A stretch of DNA of 64,000 nt from Gammaproteobacteria bacterium (GTDB lineage Bacteria > Pseudomonadota > Gammaproteobacteria > Eutrophobiales > Eutrophobiaceae): contig OZ244905.1 in NCBI GenBank assembly GCA_965221695.1, forward strand, positions 96,001-160,000, read 5' to 3'. The stretch's first letter is position 1, and each line of letters opens with the position of its first letter. The notes beneath the pieces are model-generated. The model worked only from the letters and a program-made list of their open reading frames with translations, was not told where the DNA came from and made no database searches. This document shows, piece by piece, positions 9,685-17,626 of this stretch. A program made the position numbers and the translations under genes.

Positions 9685-11960
9685 ACCGGGACAACGCACC
9701 GGTTTTCAAGGACCTGGTCCTGGTTGGTGGAGGCCACGCCCATGTCACGGTATTGAAAAAGTTTGCAATGAAACCGGTGCCCGGGGTGCGCATTACCCTG
9801 GTTTGCCGGGACTTGCAGGCGCCTTACTCCGGCATGTTGCCGGGATATATAGCCGGGCATTACCTATTTGACGACGCGCATATCGACCTGGTTCCGCTGT
9901 GCCGATTTGCCCGCGCCCGGTTTTTCCACGATGAAGTCATCGGTCTGGATACGGATAACAGGAAGCTGATCTGCCGCAGCCGCCCGCACCTGGGTTATGA
10001 CATTTTGTCGATTAACGTCGGCTCAGCGCCCGATATCGCCGCAGTCCCCGGCGCTGACGGCAAGGTTATTCCCGTAAAACCCATTGATGGTTTCGTCGGT
10101 AACTGGCGCAAACTGTGTACGCGGATGTTGCAACGTCAAAATGGCGCGCGCATCGGTATCGTCGGCGCCGGGGCGGGCGGCGTCGAACTGGCGCTTGCAG
10201 TTCAATACCGGCTGAAAGCATTGCTGACCGGGAAATGGCCGGATAATACAAGTCCTGAATTTCACTTGTTTACCGATGCCGGCGAGGTCCTTACAACACA
10301 TAACCGCAATGTGCGCGCCAAGTTCCGGCGCGTGCTTAACGAGCGGAACATTCACGTACATACAGGGCACGAGGTGACCGAAGTCAGGGCCGGTGTGCTG
10401 CAATGTGCAAACGGCGCTACTTTTCAACTGGATGAGATCCTGTGGGTGACCAGGGCCCGCGCCCAGGACTGGCCGGGGCAGGCCGGCTTGGATGTTGATG
10501 AACAGGGCTTTATCAAAGTCAACAATACTCTCGAGTCCGTCTCGCATCCCGGCATCTTTGCGGCCGGCGATATCGCGCATATGATTAACCATCCCCGGCC
10601 CAAGTCCGGTGTATTTGCCGTGCGCCAGGGAGCGCCGCTGTCACTGAATCTCCGCAACAGGTTGTTAAATCGCTCCCTCAAACCCTATTTTCCCCAGAGA
10701 GAGTTTCTGAGCCTGATTTCCACGGGTGATCAGTATGCCATCGCCTCACGCTCCTGGTGGGCGCTGGAAGGGCGCTGGGTGTGGCGCTGGAAGGACTGGA
10801 TTGATCGCCGCTTCATGTGCAAGTACAACCGGCTTCCGGAAATGAAGGAGCCGGCACGGCGGGATATTCCCCGCGGCGTAGCCGATAAGGATGCGATCAG
10901 GGAGATATCCGCCATTGCGATGCGCTGTGGCGGGTGTGGCGCCAAGGTGGGCGCGACAGTGCTTGAAAATGCATTGGCTGGCCTTGAACCGATCTCCCGG
11001 GACGATGTGCTTATCGGGTTGCACGAACCTGATGACGCCGCCGTGGCGAGTGTGCCGGCAGGCAAGGTAATAGTGCATACGGTCGATGCCTTCCGTTCAT
11101 TTATCGATGATCCGTACATCTTCGGACAAGTGGCGGCCAATCATGCGCTGAGCGATTTATTTGCGATGGGCGCACAGCCGCAAACGGCGCTGGCAATCGT
11201 GACCGTTCCCTACGCGGACGAAAAGAAGCTTGAAGAGCTGCTGTCGCACCTGCTGCAAGGCGCTCTCAAGGCGCTGAACGGGGCTGGCGCGGCGCTGGTA
11301 GGCGGGCATACCTCCGAAGGCGAGGAACTGTCCCTGGGATTCGCCGTGAACGGGTTGGTTGATCGGGAGCAGATCCTGCGCAAACGCGGCCTGCGTGCCG
11401 GCGACAGAATCGTGCTGACCAAGCCCATTGGCACCGGGACACTGTTTGCCGCCGATATGCGGCACAAGGCTAAAGGCGCTTGGATTACGGCCGCGCTGGA
11501 TTGTATGCTGCAATCAAACCGGGAAGCTGCCAAGCGCCTGTTTGCCCATGGCGCCGCGGCCTGTACGGACGTCACCGGCTTCGGCCTGTTGGGACACCTG
11601 GTGGAAATGATCAAGCCATCTGGTGTCGATGTCGAGATTGACCTGGGCGCGATTCCGTGTCTTGATGGCGCAGAAGAGACGATTGCAGCCGGCATTTTCA
11701 GTTCCCTGCAGCCCCAGAACCTGCGACTGCGCCGGGCGATACGTGACGCTGAGAACGTATCAAAAGATACTCGCTACCCGTTGATATTTGACCCGCAAAC
11801 ATCCGGCGGACTGCTTGCCGGCGTTCCCGCAGAACAGGCCGAAGCCTGTGTTACCGCGCTGCGTGAATTGGGCTATGCCCAAACTGCAATTATCGGCAGG
11901 GTATTGCCTGAGAGTAATAGGCTGGAACCGGTTAGGCTTTTAAAAGCACAGTCTGAGTAA
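9681..11960 (+). CDS. selD: Selenide, water dikinase (SelD/SenC) fused to an N-terminal FAD-dependent pyridine nucleotide-disulfide oxidoreductase domain
   Basis: N-terminal LVLVGGGHAH, YSGMLPG, GAGAGGVE, FAAGD. C-terminal MRCGGCGAKVG, DDAA, HTVD, GGHT, TDVTGFGLLGHL, DPQTSGGLL. GTG at 9681 overlaps the soxG stop. Confidence 0.92.
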   Translation: MNRDNAPVFKDLVLVGGGHAHVTVLKKFAMKPVPGVRITLVCRDLQAPYSGMLPGYIAGHYLFDDAHIDLVPLCRFARARFFHDEVIGLDTDNRKLICRSRPHLGYDILSINVGSAPDIAAVPGADGKVIPVKPIDGFVGNWRKLCTRMLQRQNGARIGIVGAGAGGVELALAVQYRLKALLTGKWPDNTSPEFHLFTDAGEVLTTHNRNVRAKFRRVLNERNIHVHTGHEVTEVRAGVLQCANGATFQLDEILWVTRARAQDWPGQAGLDVDEQGFIKVNNTLESVSHPGIFAAGDIAHMINHPRPKSGVFAVRQGAPLSLNLRNRLLNRSLKPYFPQREFLSLISTGDQYAIASRSWWALEGRWVWRWKDWIDRRFMCKYNRLPEMKEPARRDIPRGVADKDAIREISAIAMRCGGCGAKVGATVLENALAGLEPISRDDVLIGLHEPDDAAVASVPAGKVIVHTVDAFRSFIDDPYIFGQVAANHALSDLFAMGAQPQTALAIVTVPYADEKKLEELLSHLLQGALKALNGAGAALVGGHTSEGEELSLGFAVNGLVDREQILRKRGLRAGDRIVLTKPIGTGTLFAADMRHKAKGAWITAALDCMLQSNREAAKRLFAHGAAACTDVTGFGLLGHLVEMIKPSGVDVEIDLGAIPCLDGAEETIAAGIFSSLQPQNLRLRRAIRDAENVSKDTRYPLIFDPQTSGGLLAGVPAEQAEACVTALRELGYAQTAIIGRVLPESNRLEPVRLLKAQSE

Positions 11961-11979
11961 AGGATAGTACATTTTAGGG

Positions 11980-12201
11980 CTAAGCTACATCACGCATAGG
12001 TCTTACCTGCGGCGTCGGCAGGGTACGCCCCTCCGATTGGAAATGTTGCAAAACATCATCAACCACTTGGCATAACTCGCCATACAGCGACATTGGATTA
12101 TCTCCATGAATTCCGGTGATCAAATCGGGGCATTTTCCAATGTAGACTTGGTCTTCTTCGCTCCATTCAACCCATTTATGATAACGATCGCTTATTTTCA
12201 T
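11980..12201 (-). CDS. hicB: HicB-like antitoxin
   Basis: WSEED..YIG.CPDL..G.HG pattern and C-terminal G..LP.P; directly downstream of the hicA-like gene. Confidence 0.75.
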   Translation of the reverse strand: MKISDRYHKWVEWSEEDQVYIGKCPDLITGIHGDNPMSLYGELCQVVDDVLQHFQSEGRTLPTPQVRPMRDVA

Positions 12202-12401
12202 TCTTTGATTCTCTCAATAGCCTTTTCTACTTGTTGCAACTGGTAAGGTTTGGCGTCGTCTCCTGGTTTGCCACTGATTGTTACCGCGCCAGGAAAGCTC
12301 TGGTGGGTGAACTTTCTATGAGCTCCTTTCCCTCCGCCTCTGATCTCTTCAAATCTTGCATCTTTGAGCATTTTTATCAGGTTTCGTATCTTTTTTGGCA
12401 C
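12198..12401 (-). CDS. hicA: HicA-like mRNA interferase toxin
   Basis: 67 aa basic protein with GKGAHRKFTH and VTISGKPGDDAKPYQ; likely GTG start at 12401; 4-bp overlap with hicB. Confidence 0.8.
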   Translation of the reverse strand: MPKKIRNLIKMLKDARFEEIRGGGKGAHRKFTHQSFPGAVTISGKPGDDAKPYQLQQVEKAIERIKE

Positions 12402-12469
12402 AACAAGTCTTGAAAGTTGACGAGGTTGAGATATCAAATATTATACAACGGTTGTGGCTCGTCAGGAAG

Positions 12470-13420
12470 TCATAGATTATCCAGTAGGGCCTGCCACAAC
12501 TTGCTTTCGCGTTCCGGGGTGAACAAGTGTTTGCGTTTGCTTCCGTGCTCGCGCAGATGTTGCAGGAATTCTTGCTCGTTTTCCGCCCGCTGTAACAACG
12601 CGCATAATGTTTCGGTGTCTGTTACCGGATAATAACCGGGGTAATCATCGCCGAGCAGGCCGGTATTGCCGTCGATCGCGGAGGCAATCACGGGAACGCC
12701 TGCGACCAGGGCTTCGGAAATGACATTCGCGCCGCCTTCCATGGTTGAACTGTGAACCAGTGCATGGGTCTTCAGAAACTGCTCTCTGACCTGCCAGGCG
12801 CTGACCTCGCCGCGCCAATGATAACGGGGATTGATTGCCATCTCCGCGCGCCCCCGTGCAGCCCATTCAGCATTTTGCGCGTTGCCAAGATGGATTACCC
12901 GCAGGCGCGACCGTTGTGCAAGATTGCGCGCGGCGTAAGCGGTTCTGAACGGGTCTTTCTCTGCGCGTAAATGGCCGATAACGCAGACGTCGAACGTGCG
13001 TACTGAGGGACGACGCGGGCGCGCCGGCGGCGTTGCCGATTGATGGATAACATGCAGTTTGTCGTGGAATGAAGCCGGGAGCGCCCGATGTGCAAGGTCA
13101 TGCAGGCAGACCAGTGCATCGGCGGTCTGCATCGAACCCAGGGTTTCCTCCGCGTGACTGTATTGGAAGCGATAAATATCCGTTCCGGTCAGCGCAACCA
13201 CCAGCGGGTGGGTCGGATAGCGCGTACGAAAGCGCGCGATCGAAGTGGCGCTGCGCCAGGCATGCAATGCCACCATCATATCACCAGGCATCCCATCCCA
13301 GTCGGATTGTACTGATACCCTGTGGCCAATACCTCGCAGCAGTCGCGCCCAACGCGTTGCGGTCACGCGATTGCCCGTCTTCGATTGTTTTGTTGCGGGC
13401 GTGATCAGGATAATTTTCAT
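12470..13420 (-). CDS. senB: Selenosugar synthase SenB-type glycosyltransferase
   Basis: GNRVTA.RW, ALHAWRS, LTGTDIY, GHLR.EKDP, EGGANVISEA; sits between selD and an EgtB-like gene. Alternative start 13453. Confidence 0.85.
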   Translation of the reverse strand: MKIILITPATKQSKTGNRVTATRWARLLRGIGHRVSVQSDWDGMPGDMMVALHAWRSATSIARFRTRYPTHPLVVALTGTDIYRFQYSHAEETLGSMQTADALVCLHDLAHRALPASFHDKLHVIHQSATPPARPRRPSVRTFDVCVIGHLRAEKDPFRTAYAARNLAQRSRLRVIHLGNAQNAEWAARGRAEMAINPRYHWRGEVSAWQVREQFLKTHALVHSSTMEGGANVISEALVAGVPVIASAIDGNTGLLGDDYPGYYPVTDTETLCALLQRAENEQEFLQHLREHGSKRKHLFTPERESKLWQALLDNL

Positions 13421-13549
13421 CCGCTGCGCACTGTCTGATGGCATTATTGTCAACAGGTTATCATAACTCCTCGGCAGTAACTCTCTATCCTGCGATGAAG
13501 CGAATGCGGTGAAGCGAATTGGTGACTGGTTCGGCTTGAGCTACAATAA

Positions 13550-14860
13550 ATGACGATGCAACAGCTAAGCGGCAAATATTTAAAGGAAATCATGCTGGAT
13601 GCCCATCAGCGTACGCTGGAGTTGATCGCTGGTCTTGATGACGCGCAGTTGATGGGGCCAAAGTTGCCCATCGTCAATCCGTTGCGCTGGGAAATAGGGC
13701 ATGTTGCCTGGTTTCATGAAAAGTTTATCTTACGCGATTTGTATGATTGCCCGCCGTTGCTGGCAAACGGTGATTCCCTCTATGATTCCATTGCCATCGA
13801 TCACGATCAGCGCTGGGATTTACCGTTGTTGAGCATGCGGGAGACGCTGGACTATATCCGGAACGTCCTGGACCACTGCCTGGCGCGGTTGCCGGATGGC
13901 GCGGCAGACCCGGAACAGAGTTATATCTACCGGTTTTCCACCTACCACGAGGACATGCATACCGAGGCCTATTGCTGGTCGCGCCAGACCCTGGCCTACC
14001 CGCAGCCCGCTTTTGCCGTTGCAGGCAAACCGGAGGATGCGGGCGCCGGGGCCTGGTCTGGGGATGTGGCGATCCCAGGCGGGGTGTTTTCTCCGGGCGC
14101 GGAGGAAGCGACGCCGTTTGTGTTTGATAACGAGAAATGGGCGCACGAGATAACCCTGGAACCGTTTCAGATAGCAAAAGCGCCGGTGACCAATGCCGAG
14201 TTCACGGAATTTGTCGCTGCCGGGGGCTACCTGTGCCGGGAGTTCTGGAGTGATGCAGGCTGGTCCTGGCGCAAGCAAGCCGACGCCCGGCATCCCGTAT
14301 ACTGGCAGAACGGCGGCAAGGATGCGTGGCGGTTGAGGTGGTTTGATGACATCGGGGAACTGCAGCCGCATCAGCCTGTTATCCATGTCAACTGGCATGA
14401 GGCCAATGCGTACTGCCGTTGGGCAGGCAGGCGTTTGCCGACGGAAGCGGAGTGGGAAGCGGCGGCGTTGGGCGAACCTGCCGATGACCACGGCAGGCTT
14501 GCTTTGAAGAAACGCAGTTACCCGTGGGGGGAACAACCTCCTGGTGAACTTCATGCCAATCTTGATGGCCGAGCGCTGGGCTGTGTCGATGTCGCATCCC
14601 TGCCGGCGGGGGACAGCGCGCTCGGCTGCCGGCAGATGCTAGGCAACGTATGGGAATGGACCGCATCCACGTTTGCGCCGTTCCCGGGCTTTTCGCCGGA
14701 TGCCTACAAAGAATATTCCGAACCGCTGTTTTATCACACGAAAGTATTGAAGGGTGGCGCCTGGGCTACCCGGAGCCGGATGATAACAGGCCGCTACCGT
14801 AATTTTTTCACGCCTGACCGGCGCGATGTGCTCGCGGGTTTCAGAACTTGTGCGCTTTAA
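13550..14860 (+). CDS. senA: Selenoneine synthase SenA (EgtB-like; DinB_2 plus FGE-sulfatase domains)
   Basis: WEIGHVAWF and HEDMHTE metal ligands, FDNEKWAH, RLPTEAEWE, GNVWEW, YRNFF.P.R; adjacent to senB and selD. Confidence 0.85.
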   Translation: MTMQQLSGKYLKEIMLDAHQRTLELIAGLDDAQLMGPKLPIVNPLRWEIGHVAWFHEKFILRDLYDCPPLLANGDSLYDSIAIDHDQRWDLPLLSMRETLDYIRNVLDHCLARLPDGAADPEQSYIYRFSTYHEDMHTEAYCWSRQTLAYPQPAFAVAGKPEDAGAGAWSGDVAIPGGVFSPGAEEATPFVFDNEKWAHEITLEPFQIAKAPVTNAEFTEFVAAGGYLCREFWSDAGWSWRKQADARHPVYWQNGGKDAWRLRWFDDIGELQPHQPVIHVNWHEANAYCRWAGRRLPTEAEWEAAALGEPADDHGRLALKKRSYPWGEQPPGELHANLDGRALGCVDVASLPAGDSALGCRQMLGNVWEWTASTFAPFPGFSPDAYKEYSEPLFYHTKVLKGGAWATRSRMITGRYRNFFTPDRRDVLAGFRTCAL

Positions 14861-14874
14861 CCTGTAAGCGATTA

Positions 14875-14965
14875 TCACTCCCGCAGCAGCGGGAGTCCTG
14901 TCAAACCCGGTGTCGCTCAATGAGCGACGGTTTATTCACTGGATTCCCGTTTGCACGGGAATGGA
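14875..14965. repeat. Inverted pair of REP-like palindromes flanking a central hairpin
   Basis: CACTCCCGC-agca-GCGGGAGT at about 14876-14896, GTCGCTCA-a-TGAGCGAC at 14912-14928, ATTCCCGT-ttgc-ACGGGAAT at about 14943-14962. Confidence 0.65.
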
Positions 14966-14999
14966 GTTGGGCGCAGTACAGTTGGCATAACATACATAT

Positions 15000-16469
15000 A
15001 TGCGTGGTAAAAAACAACAGTTGAGACGCCTGCCATCCGTGGATCGCGTGCTGCGGGAAGCGTCTGATTTGGTCGAGCGTTGGGGACATGAGCGGGTGGC
15101 TGCTGCGATACGCAATACGCTAGAGCAGGTGCGCGCAAACATGGAAGAATTCGCTGCTCTCGACAAGTCAGCGCTATTGGAGCAAGTCGTTTCCATACTG
15201 GCGTGCAGGCTGGAACAGGAGTCCGCGGGCAGCCTGGTCAGTGTGTTCAACCTGACCGGCACCGTCCTGCATACCAACCTGGGCCGCGCGGTACTGCCGC
15301 GCGCGGCGCTGGACAACGCGCTGGCCTTAGCCCAGACACCGGTAAACCTGGAATTTGACCTGGAGAGCGGCACGCGCGGAGATCGCGATGAGCATATCGA
15401 ACCACTGATCTGCGAACTCTGCGGAGTGGAAGCGGCAACCGTGGTGAACAACAATGCCGCCGCAGTATTACTGGTATTGAATACTTTGGCAAAAGGCCGG
15501 GAGGTTCCGGTCTCACGCGGCGAACTGGTCGAGATTGGCGGTTCTTTTCGCATCCCGGATATCATGCAGAGTTCAGGCTGTGCGCTGGTTGAGGTCGGTA
15601 CGACCAACCGTACCCATTTGCAGGACTACCACAATGCGATCAATGACAGGACGGCGTTGTTGTTAAAAGTTCATGCCAGTAACTATCAGATCCGCGGGTT
15701 TACCCATAGTGTTCCCGAGAAAGAGTTGGCTCAACTGGCCCACCAGCGCGGGTTGCCGCTGGTTGTCGACCTGGGTAGCGGTAATCTGATCGACTTTGCC
15801 GCATTCAACCTGCCTGATGAGCCTACGGTCGCGCAAGCGCTGAAGAGTGGCGCCGATATTGTAACCTTCAGTGGAGACAAGCTGTTGGGCGGTCCCCAAT
15901 GCGGCATAATCGCCGGCGAACACACATTGATTGCCAGGATGAAGAACAACCCGCTGAAACGCGCGTTACGGGTTGACAAGATAACCCTGGCTGTCCTGTC
16001 AGAGGTGTTGAGACTCTATCAAAACCCCGCGCGGCTTGCACAAGATCTGCCGGCTCTGGCCGCGCTGACACGTCCACCGGATGCTATCCGTGCCCAGGCT
16101 GAGCGGATTGCCCCTGCGCTCGCGGTCGCGCTGGCGCCGCATTATCAAGTCGCGGTCTGCGAATGTCACAGCCAGGTCGGCAGCGGCGCGCTGCCGATTG
16201 ATACACTGGCAAGTTACGGGTTAAGGATCAGCGCGGTGGAAGAGTCGGATGAAGCAATCAGACTGCTGGCGGCATCCATGCGCCGGCTGCCGACACCGGT
16301 CATAGGTCGGATTAACCAAGGCGCTTATTTCCTGGATCTGCGCTGCCTGGATCGGGAGGAAGATTTTATTTCCCAGTTACGGAGTACTGGCCTCGCGGAT
16401 CATTTTCCGGAACATGCGCACGCCGATGATCTTGAGCATCAGCTTTTGGAAAAGGGACGGGGGCGTTGA
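15000..16469 (+). CDS. selA: L-seryl-tRNA(Sec) selenium transferase
   Basis: NLTGTVLHTNLGRA, VNNNAAA, SRGELVEIGGSFR.PD, EVGTTNRT, SGDKLLGGPQ (PLP Lys), RALRVDK. Confidence 0.95.
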   Translation: MRGKKQQLRRLPSVDRVLREASDLVERWGHERVAAAIRNTLEQVRANMEEFAALDKSALLEQVVSILACRLEQESAGSLVSVFNLTGTVLHTNLGRAVLPRAALDNALALAQTPVNLEFDLESGTRGDRDEHIEPLICELCGVEAATVVNNNAAAVLLVLNTLAKGREVPVSRGELVEIGGSFRIPDIMQSSGCALVEVGTTNRTHLQDYHNAINDRTALLLKVHASNYQIRGFTHSVPEKELAQLAHQRGLPLVVDLGSGNLIDFAAFNLPDEPTVAQALKSGADIVTFSGDKLLGGPQCGIIAGEHTLIARMKNNPLKRALRVDKITLAVLSEVLRLYQNPARLAQDLPALAALTRPPDAIRAQAERIAPALAVALAPHYQVAVCECHSQVGSGALPIDTLASYGLRISAVEESDEAIRLLAASMRRLPTPVIGRINQGAYFLDLRCLDREEDFISQLRSTGLADHFPEHAHADDLEHQLLEKGRGR

Positions 16470-17576
16470 GTTGGCTGCGGAGACATATCGGTTGATGCCG
16501 AGTTGCTCGCACAGGTCTTCGGACATGACCTGCAGCGGCCCATCCGACGGGATGCCGGTCGCATCGGCGATGCGCACCATGCGCTGAAAGTTCGATACCA
16601 CCCCCGCTGCGTCGATCATCGCCGCCGAACCCATCTTATCCGACAAGGCCTGGCGCGCGCGGTCCAGCTCAAAGCCGTCGACGCCCATGCAGGCATTCGT
16701 GAACTGCAGCAGTTCTTGGGAATCCGGTATACCCTTGATCTCGGTGCAGGCGGGATCAGTCAGGCCATCGAAGTCGATAGACCCGCCTGTCAGCTTGACG
16801 CTCTCACGGAGCATCACCACATGTGAGGAAGTTCAGTAAAAACAGCCGTTCAGCGCGGATACCCGGGCGGCCACAATCTCGGTCTGGGGACGGGTCAGGG
16901 TTCCCTGCGGCGGCCGGGTCATATTCCAGACCTCATGCACATCCAGGTAATGCGCGTCGGACTGGTCAAGCAGGTTGCGGACTTCGTCAGGAACCAGGCT
17001 CATGGCTCGGATCACGTAACCGCGCATGTCGCCTTCCCACAGGTCCGCATCCGGCCCGCTATCGACCCGCGTCGGCAGTATCGGCACCCAGGCGCCGTCG
17101 TAGGATACATTGGCCGGACGGTAGCGGCTGGGTTCGCCCGGTTGCGGTTCCGGCAGTTCATTCAAAGGCAGGCCCAGGCAACGGCAGAACTCGTCTATGG
17201 AGAACACCGAGACCAGGGTACCGATGATCTCAATATATTTTTCTTCACTGAGACCCTGTTGCATGATCCCGTCGAACCAGGATTTCGTCAGACGCGCCGA
17301 GTCGGTGGTGACCCGGTGGATCACTTCGATCACGACATCCGGAAGATCGGTGACCGTGTCATGGGCGCCGTCAACTGTGTAAGGCGACAACGATTCCTTG
17401 CGCCGGCTGCACAGTTTGCACTGAGGCGCCTGGCGTATTTCCGTGGCAATGTCAACACGCTCAGCGCCGGTGAACCAGGTTCCCGGCGCGGCAAGCCGTT
17501 GCCAGTAGCGGTTATGGCAAGCGGCAAAGTCTGCGCGTACCGGCCAGGGGGCGTTGCTGTAGTCGATCATACTCAT
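16377..17576 (-). CDS. AhpD/alkylhydroperoxidase-like selenoprotein, 399 aa, Sec at residue 248 (C-F-Y-U)
   Basis: The 247-aa ORF ends ...E.VAARVSALNGCFY at TGA 16835-16833 and continues in frame (TSSH) into the 16820-16377 ORF. This gives a CxxU..H AhpD-type motif, with a SECIS-like hairpin after the UGA and selA/selD nearby. Confidence 0.85.
16796..16816 (-). promoter_or_regulatory. Candidate bacterial SECIS hairpin
   Basis: mRNA UGAUGCUC-CGUGA-GAGCGUCA: 8-bp stem with one G-U pair and a 5-nt loop with G at position 2; 24 nt separate the in-frame UGA from the loop. Confidence 0.7.
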
Positions 17577-17626
17577 GGATCGGGAGTTTGCATCAACCTG
17601 CAGTGAATATCAATGCCGGGCGAGCA

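Noticed and set aside
9681-11960. SelD itself as a selenoprotein
   Set aside because: The frame is uninterrupted and the active-site region is CGGCGAK with Cys codons.
13496-13519. Direct repeat TGAAGCGAAT x2 between senB and senA
   Set aside because: Could be an operator, but two 10-mers with no regulator nearby are too little to support a call.
14861-14999. Possible tRNA-Sec (selC) upstream of selA
   Set aside because: No UCA anticodon arm in tRNA context, no GTTCGA T-loop and no acceptor stem; the hairpins fit REP-like palindromes.
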